Assembly: GCA_050010555.1 (NCBI GenBank)
Contig: JBEKKV010000005.1
Location: forward strand, 4,695-68,694
DNA length: 64,000 nucleotides
From: Dehalococcoidia bacterium
Lineage (GTDB): Bacteria > Chloroflexota > Dehalococcoidia > DSTF01 > JALHUB01
Reading direction: 5' to 3'
The first letter of the stretch is position 1. Every line of letters begins with the position of its first letter. The notes under the pieces were generated by a model. The model was not told the origin of the DNA, ran no database searches, and worked only from the letters and a program-made list of their open reading frames with translations. Made by a program: the position numbers and the translations under genes. Below are positions 18,651 to 28,120 of the stretch, in pieces.

Positions 18651-19775
18651 GTGATCATCGCCCGGACACGGGCCCGCGGGGAGGCGGACGTCTTGGGAGA
18701 GCGCAGCTACAGGTCAGGACTGGCGATTTCCGTGCTGTTACTGTCGTCGGCGCTGCTGCCGGCGTGCAGGGGAAGCGGAGCGGCACCGTCGCCCACCGTC
18801 TCGCAGTCGATTAGCACATCGACGGCCGCGCCCACCCCCGACCCCGGCGCGCCGGGGCCCTATCCCGTCGGCGTCACCGAGATCACGTTCCAGCGGCCTT
18901 CGACGACCACCGGTGAGCCGCGCATCCTCAAGACCGTTATCTGGTATCCTGCTGACGCGGCCGCAGCCAACGAGTCGCCCGACGCGACGTACAAGGGCGT
19001 CATGGACGCGGAGCCGTCGCGCGAGGGCGCGCCTTTCCCGATCATCCTCTTCTCGCACGGCAGCGGCGGCACGCCCCTCCAATCGACATTCTACACGTCG
19101 CATCTCGCCAGCCAGGGCTTTGTGGTCGTCGCGCCGCCGCATCCCGGGGACACGATCAACGACTGCTTTCCCTGCATCGACATGAAGGCGCTCGCCGATT
19201 CACTGCTCAACCGGCCGGACGACATGACCTTCGTTCTCGACTCGATGCTGAAGCTGAACGACGACCCGTCGTCACCGTTCCAGGGGGCACTGGACGGCAC
19301 ACGCGTCGGGATGAGCGGCCATTCCTTCGGCGGGCTGACGACGCTGCAACTGGCGGGCCGGGACACGACACCGTTCGCGGCCGCGCTGGCGATGGCGCCG
19401 CCGGCTGCTGCAGTGGTGGGGAATCGCAACCCTTCCAACATTCCAATAATGATCATGGGCGGCGGCGAGGACACGACCTGCCCGCTCGCCCAGCAGGAAG
19501 CCTATTACAACGCGCTCAACGACAGCGAGCCGCGCTTCCTGGTCGTCTTTCCGCGCGGCGGCCACACCGCCTACACCGATCCGTGCATCCCGCTGATCGA
19601 CACGTGCGGGCCAGCGGCAATCGATCAGGACAAGGCGCACGAGCTGATCGACTTCTATGCCACGGCCTTCTTCAAGACATACGTCACCGGGGACCTGAGC
19701 TACGCGGCCTACCTCGATCCGAAGCTGGCGACCGGCGACGCTGACCTCCAGTACGAGGCGAGCGTGCCGAACTGA
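18651..19775 (+). CDS. Secreted alpha/beta-hydrolase lipoprotein (PAF-acetylhydrolase / polyesterase-like)
   Basis: Lipobox LLPAC. GHSFGG nucleophile elbow. Downstream Asp and His candidates. Thr/Pro-rich linker. GTG start sits about 7 nt after a TAGACT -10, so the mRNA may be leaderless. Confidence 0.55.
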   Translation: MIIARTRARGEADVLGERSYRSGLAISVLLLSSALLPACRGSGAAPSPTVSQSISTSTAAPTPDPGAPGPYPVGVTEITFQRPSTTTGEPRILKTVIWYPADAAAANESPDATYKGVMDAEPSREGAPFPIILFSHGSGGTPLQSTFYTSHLASQGFVVVAPPHPGDTINDCFPCIDMKALADSLLNRPDDMTFVLDSMLKLNDDPSSPFQGALDGTRVGMSGHSFGGLTTLQLAGRDTTPFAAALAMAPPAAAVVGNRNPSNIPIMIMGGGEDTTCPLAQQEAYYNALNDSEPRFLVVFPRGGHTAYTDPCIPLIDTCGPAAIDQDKAHELIDFYATAFFKTYVTGDLSYAAYLDPKLATGDADLQYEASVPN

Positions 19776-19790
19776 TCGGGGCGACGAGCG

Positions 19791-20288
19791 TCAGGATTCG
19801 TCGTCGCCGTCCTTCTTGTCACAACTGCATAACGACGTGAGGGCGTCGACGGAGATAGCGCCCGGTCCCGCAAGACCAAGAGTCGCGGCGCCCGTCGCCA
19901 GCGATAGCGGCAGCTCGAAACCGCCCTGGCCGAAGAAGCCATTCTTCCAGTGCACCTTCCAGATCGCCGTCGACATGTTGATGATGATTGGCAACGCGAC
20001 GAGTCTGGTCTTGAAGCCCAGAACAAGCGCCAGGCCGCCGAAGAGCTCGGTTGCCCCGGAAACGTAGGCGGCGACCTGTGGGTACGGAACGCCCATCTTC
20101 TCGAGGCCGTCCGCGAACGCCTGCGGCCCGCCGTGCTCGATGGAGGTCTGCCAGTTGGGGCCAAGCACCTTCAGCGGCCTCTCGGGAACTTTCTTATCCG
20201 GCCCCCCGAAGAGCTTGGGGTAGCCGTGCGCCATCAGTATGACGCCGACGTTGAGCCGAAGCAGTAACAGGCCAAGGCTGCGAAACAT
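19791..20288 (-). CDS. DoxX-family membrane protein
   Basis: 165 aa, 4 TM, with the LRLNVGVILMAHGYPKLFGG motif characteristic of DoxX. Confidence 0.6.
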   Translation of the reverse strand: MFRSLGLLLLRLNVGVILMAHGYPKLFGGPDKKVPERPLKVLGPNWQTSIEHGGPQAFADGLEKMGVPYPQVAAYVSGATELFGGLALVLGFKTRLVALPIIINMSTAIWKVHWKNGFFGQGGFELPLSLATGAATLGLAGPGAISVDALTSLCSCDKKDGDDES

Positions 20289-20377
20289 TTCCTCATCCTC
20301 CTATCGTCCGTGATTAGCCGAAGGCTCGCTAGTACAATAGGCGTGACGCGTACAGCACCGGTGACAGCGCCACCAGC

Positions 20378-20860
20378 TCAGCCACTGCGCACGACGAGCG
20401 TCTTTGCTGCAAGATCGCCGATGCGTTGCTTCTTGTCATTGACCGCCACGGCGATGAGCCCTACGAGATAGAAGACGGGCAGCCCGTCAACGATGCGCAG
20501 TATGTTCCTGATGAGCACTGCCGCCCATGTGACGCGACTGCCATCGACGTCCACAACCTTCAGGCCCATGACCATCTTCCCCAGCGTGGCACTGAAGAGC
20601 CCCTCAAACAGCAGGAAGTACCCAAACTGGATGAGAAAGAAGAGCAAGAGCGGTCCCCCGTTCAGATAGGCGTGCGCGTTATGCGTGTTGTCCTGGCTGG
20701 TCGTGCCCATGTTTCCCCACAGAGCGGCCATGAGCAGGAACACGAGGAGGAAGAGCGCGATGTCTATGAGCGCAGCGATGATGCGGGTACCGGTAACATT
20801 GAATGCAAGCGGAGTCTCAGCAAGCTGTTCCTGCTGGAGTTCGGAATCCATCCCTCGCAA
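20378..20860 (-). CDS. RDD-family membrane protein
   Basis: 160 aa. Conserved Arg and Asp pattern (RIIAALIDIALF ... RIGDLAAKTLVV) typical of the RDD domain. Confidence 0.55.
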   Translation of the reverse strand: MRGMDSELQQEQLAETPLAFNVTGTRIIAALIDIALFLLVFLLMAALWGNMGTTSQDNTHNAHAYLNGGPLLLFFLIQFGYFLLFEGLFSATLGKMVMGLKVVDVDGSRVTWAAVLIRNILRIVDGLPVFYLVGLIAVAVNDKKQRIGDLAAKTLVVRSG

Positions 20861-20885
20861 CTCCTTTCGACTTCAAACGTCCCGA

Positions 20886-22421
20886 TTAACAAACGCCTTC
20901 CGACTCGCCGAAGAGCTCCTCTTTGAGCGCCTTCTTCTGCACCTTGCCTGTCAACGTCTTCGGCAGATCGTGTCGAAAGATGACCTCCTGCGGCAGCTTG
21001 TAGTCGGCCATGCGCTCCCGGCAGTAGGCGATGACGTCGTCTGCCTCGAGTGTTGCGCCGGGAAAGGGCACGACGACGGCGACCACTCGCTCGCCCCACA
21101 CTTCGTCCTTGCGGCCGAGCACCGTCGCTTCGGCGATCATGGGGTGCGTGAACAGCACCTCCTCGACCTCGCGCGGGTAGATGTTCTCGCCGCCGCGGAT
21201 GATCATGTCCTTCCTGCGGTCGATGATGAAGAAGTAGCCGTCCTCGTCCTCGTAGCCCATGTCGCCGGTGCGCAGCCAGCCGTCAACGATTGTCTCCGCG
21301 GTCGCCTCGGCGTTGTTGTAGTAGCCCTGCATAACGTTGGGGCCTTGGATGACGATTTCGCCGCATTCGCCGCTGGGGAGCTCCTTCATATCCTCATCGA
21401 CGATCTTCATCGCCTGGCCGCGAACCGGCAGGCCGATCGACCCGGCCTTGCGGACACCCCAGTAAGGGTTCAGCGCCGAGACGCAGGTGCCTTCGGTCAG
21501 CCCGTAGCCTTCGATGATGCGCAGGCCGAACGTCTCCTCGAATCGCTGCATGATCTCCAGCGGCAGCGGCGCCGCCCCCGAGATAACGAAATCGAGGGAG
21601 CTTATGTCGAGTCCTTCCTTGACAGGCGCCAGCAAGAGGATGGACAGCATCGTCGGGACGGCGTTGAACGTGTTCGGCTGGTAGCGAGCCACCGTCTCCC
21701 AGAAGTCGCTGGGGCTGAAGCGCTCCCACAGCGCGATAGCGCCGCCCGTAAGGAACTGCGTGAGGCTGGTAATCTGGGCGTTGGCGTGAAAGAGCGGCAG
21801 AACCTGGCCGAGGCAGCCTTCATGGGGCGAAACGGGGATGAGCTCGGCGGAGGCCATCGTGTCCCAGACGCAGTTCCAGTGTGAGATCATAGCGCCCTTC
21901 GGCTTGCCGGTCGTGCCGGAGGTGTAAACGATGGCCGCCAGGTCGTCGCGGGCGATCTCGACTGGCGCGAGCTCGGCCGACCGGGCGAGCAGGTCGCTGT
22001 AGGCCGAGGCGCCCTCTGTCGCGCCCTCCAGGCAGACGACGTGCCGGAGCGCCGGGCACGAGCCGCGGACGGCGTTCACCGTCGGCATCAGCGCTTCGCT
22101 GGTGATGAGCGCGACGGCGCCGGAGTCGCTCAGGACGTGGCGCACCTCGTCGCCCTTGAAAAGCGCGTTAATCGGCCCAAAGACGGCGCCCAGCTTCAGG
22201 ATTCCGAACCAGACGTAGAAGTAGTCGGGGCAGTTCGGCAGATAGACGGAGACGACGTCCCCTTTCTTCGCGCCCAGTGCTTTGAGGCCGTTCGCGACCT
22301 GATTGACGCGCTCGTCCAGCTCTCGGTAGGTGACCTCTTCATCGCGCCAATAGATGCACGTCTCGTCCGCCAGCTCTTCGCGGTACAGTTCGACTAGCTC
22401 GCGCAGGTTGTTCGGGACCAT
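20886..22421 (-). CDS. AMP-dependent acyl-CoA synthetase/ligase (long-chain fatty-acid-CoA ligase-like)
   Basis: 511 aa. AMP-binding motif IVYTSGTTGKPKGAM, YGLTE, the hinge DGWLRTGD, and a C-terminal GKVQKKAL. Confidence 0.8.
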   Translation of the reverse strand: MVPNNLRELVELYREELADETCIYWRDEEVTYRELDERVNQVANGLKALGAKKGDVVSVYLPNCPDYFYVWFGILKLGAVFGPINALFKGDEVRHVLSDSGAVALITSEALMPTVNAVRGSCPALRHVVCLEGATEGASAYSDLLARSAELAPVEIARDDLAAIVYTSGTTGKPKGAMISHWNCVWDTMASAELIPVSPHEGCLGQVLPLFHANAQITSLTQFLTGGAIALWERFSPSDFWETVARYQPNTFNAVPTMLSILLLAPVKEGLDISSLDFVISGAAPLPLEIMQRFEETFGLRIIEGYGLTEGTCVSALNPYWGVRKAGSIGLPVRGQAMKIVDEDMKELPSGECGEIVIQGPNVMQGYYNNAEATAETIVDGWLRTGDMGYEDEDGYFFIIDRRKDMIIRGGENIYPREVEEVLFTHPMIAEATVLGRKDEVWGERVVAVVVPFPGATLEADDVIAYCRERMADYKLPQEVIFRHDLPKTLTGKVQKKALKEELFGESEGVC

Positions 22422-22622
22422 CGTTGTTGCCTCCTGCTTTCGATGACCGTGAGCAGAGTTTACTCCGCGCCCGTCGCTTCGTCCACGGCGAGCGGCAGAC
22501 AGGCGCGTCGGCGAGGGCTTTCCTTACCTCCGGCGGTCGTAATATCGTATTCCTAAGGGCTTTCCCCGACGCGACTAGGGATTTTCCTGAGTGCTATCTG
22601 CGGGGAAGCGCCGATACTATAG

Positions 22623-23276
22623 ATGCGGCAAGAAGATAACAAGATGCTAACCGACATAAGACGTCGCTTGGGTGCGCCGGCGGATGAAGGCGCAACACAG
22701 GGAGCACGGATGCTCCTGCTGCGTCGACTCGGTCTCCTTCTTGCGGCGACTTCCTGGCGGGCGCGCGGCTTCGCTGCTCTGGCCGTCGGGCTTGTCATCG
22801 GCGCGGGATTCCGCTTCCACAACGCCGGAGACGTCGCCGTGGTGGCCGTCTACATAGTCGTGTTTGTCACCTGCGCCGCTACCGACATCGCCTGGTTCCG
22901 CGTTCCAAACGTCATCACCTACCCGGCGATCATCCTGGGACTGCTGGCCGGCGCGCTCATGCCCGGCGGCAGCCTGCGGACGACGCTGGAGGGAGCGGCT
23001 ACGGCAGGCGGCTTCATGCTGCTCGCGTTCATCATCTCGCGCGGCGCTATGGGCTTGGGCGACGTGAAGCTGGCGCTTTTCTCTGGAATTGCGGTCGGCT
23101 GGCCGTTGGTGGGCAACGTGCTGATGCTGATGGCTTTGAGCGGCGGCACTGCGGCCGTCATTCTGCTGCTGACGCGGGTCAAGGGTCGGAGGGACCCGAT
23201 ACCGTACGCGCCGTTCATCTCGGCGGCTACGATAGCCGTCATCTTATGGCAAGGAACGTCTTTCGCGCGGTTCTAG
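22623..23276 (+). CDS. A24-family prepilin peptidase (TadV/CpaA-like, no N-terminal zinc domain)
   Basis: First catalytic Asp in the TDIAWFRVPN context (D-x5-IPN). Second in GLGDVKL (the GDxK motif). 5-6 TM. True start may be an internal Met. Confidence 0.5.
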   Translation: MRQEDNKMLTDIRRRLGAPADEGATQGARMLLLRRLGLLLAATSWRARGFAALAVGLVIGAGFRFHNAGDVAVVAVYIVVFVTCAATDIAWFRVPNVITYPAIILGLLAGALMPGGSLRTTLEGAATAGGFMLLAFIISRGAMGLGDVKLALFSGIAVGWPLVGNVLMLMALSGGTAAVILLLTRVKGRRDPIPYAPFISAATIAVILWQGTSFARF

Positions 23277-23366
23277 AGCGCGACTGACATAGCTGGCGGC
23301 GGGAATCGAAAGGAGCGTGGTGTCTCGCAGGAGGCGAGGCATCCGGATGCGCTGGCTCGCCGTTCG

Positions 23367-23395
23367 TTGTGATCGCCACCTCGGTGTGGTATACT
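23367..23395 (+). promoter_or_regulatory. Promoter TTGTGA-N17-TATACT for the GT4 gene, overlapped by an inverted repeat
   Basis: TTGTGA at 23367-72, 17-nt spacer, TATACT at 23390-95. The -10 sits in the loop of a 7-bp inverted repeat GGTGTGG-N16-CCACACC (23383..23412). Confidence 0.4.
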
Positions 23396-23528
23396 ATAAA
23401 TTGAACCACACCAAACGAGCTTCACACAAGCTACAGGCCGGAACCCCCGGATACCTCAGAACCTTTCGCGAGGCGGTTGGGCGCGGCGCACGCGGCCCGG
23501 CATCGCATATTAGCATGGAGGCTTTAGC

Positions 23529-24644
23529 ATGAGAATCCTTCAACTGGCACCGCTCTGGGAAACCGTGCCGCCGCCCGCTTATGGAGGTACGGAGGCAGTC
23601 GTCAGCGTCCTTTGCGAAGAGCTGGTTAGACGCGGCCACGACGTGACGCTCTGGGCGTCCGGCGACTCCCGCACCAGCGCCGAGCTCTATTCCATCTATC
23701 ATCGCAGCCTGCGCACCGCGTCCGATCTTGAGGATCCGAGTTGGCACGCGCTTATGCATGCCACCACCTCTCTCCGCGACGCCGGCAGCTACGACATCGT
23801 TCACAATCACATCGGCGAGATCGTGATGTCCATGGCACATCTCATCCCCACGCCCATGCTGACGACGATGCACTGTCTCATCACGCCGTACACAAAGTTC
23901 ATCTGGGACCACTACGACGGCTGGTACAACACCATCAGCCACTCGGAGAAGCTGACGATGCCGGCGGTGGCGAACAACCGGTACGCCGGCGTGGTGCACA
24001 ACGGAATCGACGTCGAAAGCTTCCCGTATAGCGAGAAAAAGGACGATTACCTCCTCTTCCTCAGCCGGATTTCGACCGACAAGGCGCCACACGAGGCCGT
24101 CGAGGTTGCAAAGCGGCTGGGCATGCGGCTTCTCATCGCCGGCAAAGTCGACCCGAACGACCAGGACCAGGCCTACTTCAAGAACGTCCTCGAGCCGCTT
24201 GTCGACGGCAAGCAGATCCAGTTCCTCGGCGAAGCGGACCAACGGATGAAGCGAGAGCTCTACGAGAAGGCTTACTGCCTGGTCCTTCCTCTTCGCTGGG
24301 AAGAGCCGTTCGGCCTGGTGATGGCGGAGGCGATGGCCTGCGGCACGCCCGTCGTTGCTCTCCAGCGCGGCGCCGCTGCCGAGATCATCGTCGACGGCGA
24401 GACCGGCTACCTGGTGGATGACCTAGACGAGATGGTGGAAGCAGTCCGCAAAATCGACCGCATTGACCCGAGGCGCTGCCGGCGCCACATCGAGGCGAAC
24501 TTCAGCCCGTCGCACATGGCCGAAGGCTACCTGCGGGTGTATCAGCAGATTATCCGGCAGGCGTCCGCTCAGCCGACGCTCACGACCGTGGGCGCAACGG
24601 CGTTGCTGCCGATGCAGGGCGAGGCCGAGACGGCCGTAGCCTAG
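23529..24644 (+). CDS. GT4-family glycosyltransferase
   Basis: 371 aa. N-terminal YGGTEAVV and C-terminal EPFGLVMAEAMACGTPVVA (the E-x7-E region) are typical of GT4 retaining transferases. RBS GGAGG. Confidence 0.8.
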   Translation: MRILQLAPLWETVPPPAYGGTEAVVSVLCEELVRRGHDVTLWASGDSRTSAELYSIYHRSLRTASDLEDPSWHALMHATTSLRDAGSYDIVHNHIGEIVMSMAHLIPTPMLTTMHCLITPYTKFIWDHYDGWYNTISHSEKLTMPAVANNRYAGVVHNGIDVESFPYSEKKDDYLLFLSRISTDKAPHEAVEVAKRLGMRLLIAGKVDPNDQDQAYFKNVLEPLVDGKQIQFLGEADQRMKRELYEKAYCLVLPLRWEEPFGLVMAEAMACGTPVVALQRGAAAEIIVDGETGYLVDDLDEMVEAVRKIDRIDPRRCRRHIEANFSPSHMAEGYLRVYQQIIRQASAQPTLTTVGATALLPMQGEAETAVA

Positions 24645-24751
24645 GACAGCTCCGCGAGGTTTCTCACTGGCTCAAGGCGCTTTGCCGCGCTAGAATGAAT
24701 ACGCCTGCCTGCTGACAAGCAGCGCGGGAATTCGCTAGCGAGGCCGCCCAC

Positions 24752-25777
24752 TTGCCGATAGAAGTCAAACTCCTCGACCACAGCCACGACCCGATTCGCT
24801 CGCTTTACGTCGCCTACCGTACGGCGTACTCGTCGCTCAAGCCGGCGGAGATAGACGCGCGCATCGAGTCGGAGTGGATTACGCGCGCGCAGATGCTCGA
24901 GTTCGTCGAGAAGCGGCTGGAGACGGGCCACTCGTCGCCGCTGGAGCAGGTGTGGTTCGAGTTCGCGCTCTCCGGCGTCACGCGCGCCTTCAGCCATCAG
25001 TTCGTGCGGCACCGCATCGGCATCAGCTTCGAGCAGCAGAGCCAGCGTTATGTCGCGTTCAAGGAGGGCGAGTTCCCCTTCACGCTGCCGGAGTCGGTCC
25101 GAAACGCGGGCCTGGCCGACAAGATGGAGGAGGCGTTCGCCGGCCTGGGACACCTCTACCAGGAGATGCTCGACGCGGGCGTGCCGGCGGAGGACGCGCG
25201 CTTCCTCATCCCGAACGCGGCGCAGACCAACTTCAAGATAACCGTCAACTTCCAGTCGCTGCTGCACATCTGTGACCTGCGACTCTGCACGCGGGCGCAG
25301 TGGGAGTTCCGCAAGGTAGCATCGCTGATGCGGGCGGAGGTGAAGCAAGTCGCGCCGGAGCTGGCGCGCTACCTCCAGCCGAAGTGCGGTGAGCGTCGCA
25401 CGGGCTACTGCGACGAGACGTACGAGGACTGGCAGAACTGCCCGATTGGTCGCAAGCGACCGCACAAGCGAGGCCTGTACACCGGATACCTTGAGTTTCA
25501 GGCGTTGCTGGCCAAGATCGAGCGCGCGAAGGAAGCCCGGCGCGCCAGGGACAGAGCAAGGCGGGTCGCAGAAAAAGCCCCGCGGGTTGCGGAACCTGCG
25601 GAACAGGGCAAAGCCGCTCTTGGGGAAGAAGCGGCAATTGTCTCAGATCGCGAGTACCTCAGGCAAAAGATGGGCCTAGGACAAATGTTCCTGATGGCAA
25701 TTGAGGAACTGGCGGACGACGACTTCGCGACCATCGAGCGCGGAACGGACGTCAGCGAACGCGGCGAGAGCTACTGA
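24752..25777 (+). CDS. thyX: FAD-dependent thymidylate synthase ThyX (with a charged C-terminal extension)
   Basis: ThyX signature RHRIGISFEQQSQRY (RHR-x7-S-x-R), plus HQFVRH. TTG start. About 100 extra Arg/Ala/Glu-rich residues at the C-terminus. Confidence 0.8.
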   Translation: MPIEVKLLDHSHDPIRSLYVAYRTAYSSLKPAEIDARIESEWITRAQMLEFVEKRLETGHSSPLEQVWFEFALSGVTRAFSHQFVRHRIGISFEQQSQRYVAFKEGEFPFTLPESVRNAGLADKMEEAFAGLGHLYQEMLDAGVPAEDARFLIPNAAQTNFKITVNFQSLLHICDLRLCTRAQWEFRKVASLMRAEVKQVAPELARYLQPKCGERRTGYCDETYEDWQNCPIGRKRPHKRGLYTGYLEFQALLAKIERAKEARRARDRARRVAEKAPRVAEPAEQGKAALGEEAAIVSDREYLRQKMGLGQMFLMAIEELADDDFATIERGTDVSERGESY

Positions 25778-25829
25778 AGCCTGGGGGTTCGCAGCACCTC
25801 GAACCGCGAGCCAAACGAGGAGGATGCAG

Positions 25830-26159
25830 GTGATCGAACCCACTCTCTCCAACGAAATCGCAATAGTTGCATGCGGCTACCCGGCAAACGAAATGGCAGC
25901 GCAGTTGAGCCGCCTTGTCGCGAGGTTTGACCGTGGCAACGTCAGAGACGCTGCCATGCAACTGGTCGACTCCCTCACCCTGGTTGCTGACGTTATGGAG
26001 ACGTACCCGAAGGAATATATGAGCCAAGACATGAAGGACATACCTGAGCAACTGCGTGAGTGGCTGTTAAGGAAGCGCCAGCGCGCCGCTGAACTGAAGC
26101 GGGACATTCAGGACTTCGAGCAGGCTCTGGCGGAGACGGGCGTTAGTTCACAAGACTGA
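25830..26159 (+). CDS. Hypothetical small protein (about 109 aa), lower GC than its neighbours
   Basis: GTG at 25830 lies 6 nt after GAGGAGG. The track's longer ORF from 25701 would overlap thyX. No recognisable domain. Confidence 0.3.
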   Translation: MIEPTLSNEIAIVACGYPANEMAAQLSRLVARFDRGNVRDAAMQLVDSLTLVADVMETYPKEYMSQDMKDIPEQLREWLLRKRQRAAELKRDIQDFEQALAETGVSSQD

Positions 26160-26179
26160 CGGCCGGGAGGATGCCGAGG

Positions 26180-26209
26180 TTGACAGGTTCAGCACAGGAA
26201 CGGTAGACT
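26180..26209 (+). promoter_or_regulatory. Promoter TTGACA-N18-TAGACT for the rplU-rpmA-rpmE operon
   Basis: TTGACA at 26180-85, TAGACT at 26204-09. The -10 is duplicated as TAGACTAGACT. Confidence 0.4.
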
Positions 26210-26240
26210 AGACTGGTTCTGCGCTCAGAGGAGGACTCCC

Positions 26241-26627
26241 ATTTACGCGATCGTCCGTAGCGGCGGCAAGCAATATCGAGTCGAAGTCGGCACCAAGATC
26301 GACGTCGAGAAGCTGCGCGCGGCCGAGGGCGACACAATAGAGCTCGTGGACGTCCTCATGCTGGCTGACAGCGGCCACGTGACAGCGGGCAACCCCCTTG
26401 TGGCCGGCGCGAAGGTGACAGCGCAGGTCATCGAGCAGGGCCGCGGCCCCAAGAAGATCGTCTTCAAGTACAAGTCGAAGGTGCGCTTCCGGAAGCGGAC
26501 GGGGCACCGTCAGCCGTTCACGCGGCTCGCGATCGAGCAGATCGTCGCGCCGGGCGCGGAGGCAGCGGCGCCGAAGCGAAGGCATCGGGCGAAGGCCGAG
26601 GCCAAGGAAGAGGAGAGCGAGGGGTAG
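26241..26627 (+). CDS. rplU: 50S ribosomal protein L21, apparently initiating at ATT
   Basis: ATT-TAC-GCG-ATC-GTC... encodes IYAIVRSGGKQYRVEVGTKIDVEKL, the universally conserved L21 N-terminus. AGAGGAGG sits 6 nt upstream. There is no in-frame ATG, GTG or TTG between the upstream TGA (26181) and this codon. The track only finds the internal Met at 26346. Confidence 0.8.
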   Translation: MYAIVRSGGKQYRVEVGTKIDVEKLRAAEGDTIELVDVLMLADSGHVTAGNPLVAGAKVTAQVIEQGRGPKKIVFKYKSKVRFRKRTGHRQPFTRLAIEQIVAPGAEAAAPKRRHRAKAEAKEEESEG

Positions 26628-26645
26628 GCCCCTCGTCGAGAAGAG

Positions 26646-26915
26646 ATGGCGCACAAGAAAGGCACGGGCAGCTCTCATAACAACCGCGACAGCGGCGGTC
26701 AGCGCCTCGGCGTCAAGCGCTACGACGGCCAGTTGGTGCTGCCCGGCACGATCATACTGAGACAGAGAGGGACGCGCTTCCATCCCGGCGACAACGTCGG
26801 CCTCGGACGCGATTACACGATCTACTCTCTTATTCGAGGAAAGGTGAAGTTCGCACCGTACGCGAAGGGCCGGCGCAAGCAGGTGAGCGTGTACGGCGGC
26901 GAAGAGCAAGAATGA
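26646..26915 (+). CDS. rpmA: 50S ribosomal protein L27
   Basis: [29 protein letters not shown] is the canonical L27 sequence. Confidence 0.9.
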   Translation: MAHKKGTGSSHNNRDSGGQRLGVKRYDGQLVLPGTIILRQRGTRFHPGDNVGLGRDYTIYSLIRGKVKFAPYAKGRRKQVSVYGGEEQE

Positions 26916-27112
26916 AAAAAGGTATTCATCCGGACTACGTCGAGGCGACAGTACATTGCGCCTGCGGCAACGAGTTCACAACCCGCTCGACGAAGAAGGA
27001 GCTGCGCGTTGAGGTTTGCAGCCGCTGCCATCCCTTCTTCACGGGCGAACAGCGAATCGTCGACACGGCGGGCCGCGTGGAGCGCTTCAAGAGGCGCTAC
27101 GGCCTTAAATAG
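26912..27112 (+). CDS. rpmE: 50S ribosomal protein L31 (zinc-binding type A)
   Basis: MKKGIHPDY...CACGNEF...[10 protein letters not shown] is the L31 signature with C16/C18/C37/C40. ATGA overlap with rpmA. Confidence 0.9.
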   Translation: MKKGIHPDYVEATVHCACGNEFTTRSTKKELRVEVCSRCHPFFTGEQRIVDTAGRVERFKRRYGLK

Positions 27113-27184
27113 AATCGACGCAAGCACAACGAGAAGGGGCGGAGTCAAATCCCGCCCCTTCTTGTTAAGGACGACTCCAGCGAC

Positions 27185-28120
27185 ATGACTGACCAGCACG
27201 CGCCCGAGACGAGCGGCAGGGCCATCCAGCACTACGGCGGCCAGGCCGTCATCGAGGGCGTCATGATGCGCGGCGAACGCAGCATGGCGACAGCCGTGCG
27301 CCAGCCCGACGGCGGCATTCGCGTCAAGTCGCAGTCGCTGGGCGGCGTCTACGTCGGCCCTGTGCGACGTATCGCCGTCTTGCGCGGCGTCATCGTCCTC
27401 TGGGAGACGCTGGCGCTGGGCATGCGGGCGCTCGTCTTCTCGTCGGAGGTCGCGGCGGGAATCGCGCCGGAAGACGAGGAGGAGCTGGGCCCGGGCTACA
27501 TCTGGCTGATCGTCGGCGTGACCCTGGTGCTGACGGCGGGGGTCTTCTTCGTCGCGCCGCTGCTCCTGACCGGCTGGCTGAGCTCGCGGCTGAACGGCAG
27601 TCTGGTCGTGCTCGTCGAAGGCGCCGTGCGGCTGGCGATGCTTCTCGGCTACATCTGGGGAATCGGCTTCATACCGGACATCCGCCGCGTCTTCGCCTAT
27701 CACGGCGCGGAGCACCGGACGATCAACGCTTGGGAGGCCGGCGCGCCGTTGGAAGTGACGTCGGTGCGACGCTTCAGCAACGAGCATGCCCGCTGCGGCA
27801 CGGCGTTCCTGCTGACGGTGGCCGTGGTGTCGCTTGTGCTCTTTGTGGCGCTGGGCACGCCGAGCTGGTGGTGGCGAATCGCCTCGCGCGTACTGCTGAT
27901 ACCGGTCATCGCGGCGGTGAGCTACGAGATCATCCGACTTAGCGGCGCCTACGGGCGATTCCGCGTCGTGCGGTGGGTGTCGCGGCCGAGCCTGGCGCTG
28001 CAGGCGCTGACGACGCGCGACCCGGACGACAGCCAGATAGAGGTGGCGATCCGGGCGCTGCAAGAGGTGCTGTCGCTAGACTCTCGCCCTTCCATCGCCG
28101 AAGGGAAGATGGAAAGTTGA
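27185..28120 (+). CDS. DUF1385 (YqhQ-like) membrane protein
   Basis: YGGQAVIEGVMMRGERSMATAVR is the DUF1385 N-terminal signature. About 5 TM helices. Confidence 0.6.
   Translation: MTDQHAPETSGRAIQHYGGQAVIEGVMMRGERSMATAVRQPDGGIRVKSQSLGGVYVGPVRRIAVLRGVIVLWETLALGMRALVFSSEVAAGIAPEDEEELGPGYIWLIVGVTLVLTAGVFFVAPLLLTGWLSSRLNGSLVVLVEGAVRLAMLLGYIWGIGFIPDIRRVFAYHGAEHRTINAWEAGAPLEVTSVRRFSNEHARCGTAFLLTVAVVSLVLFVALGTPSWWWRIASRVLLIPVIAAVSYEIIRLSGAYGRFRVVRWVSRPSLALQALTTRDPDDSQIEVAIRALQEVLSLDSRPSIAEGKMES

Noticed and set aside
26208-26909. 233-aa minus-strand ORF
   Set aside because: Antisense to rplU/rpmA, which are identified with certainty. Typical high-GC shadow ORF.
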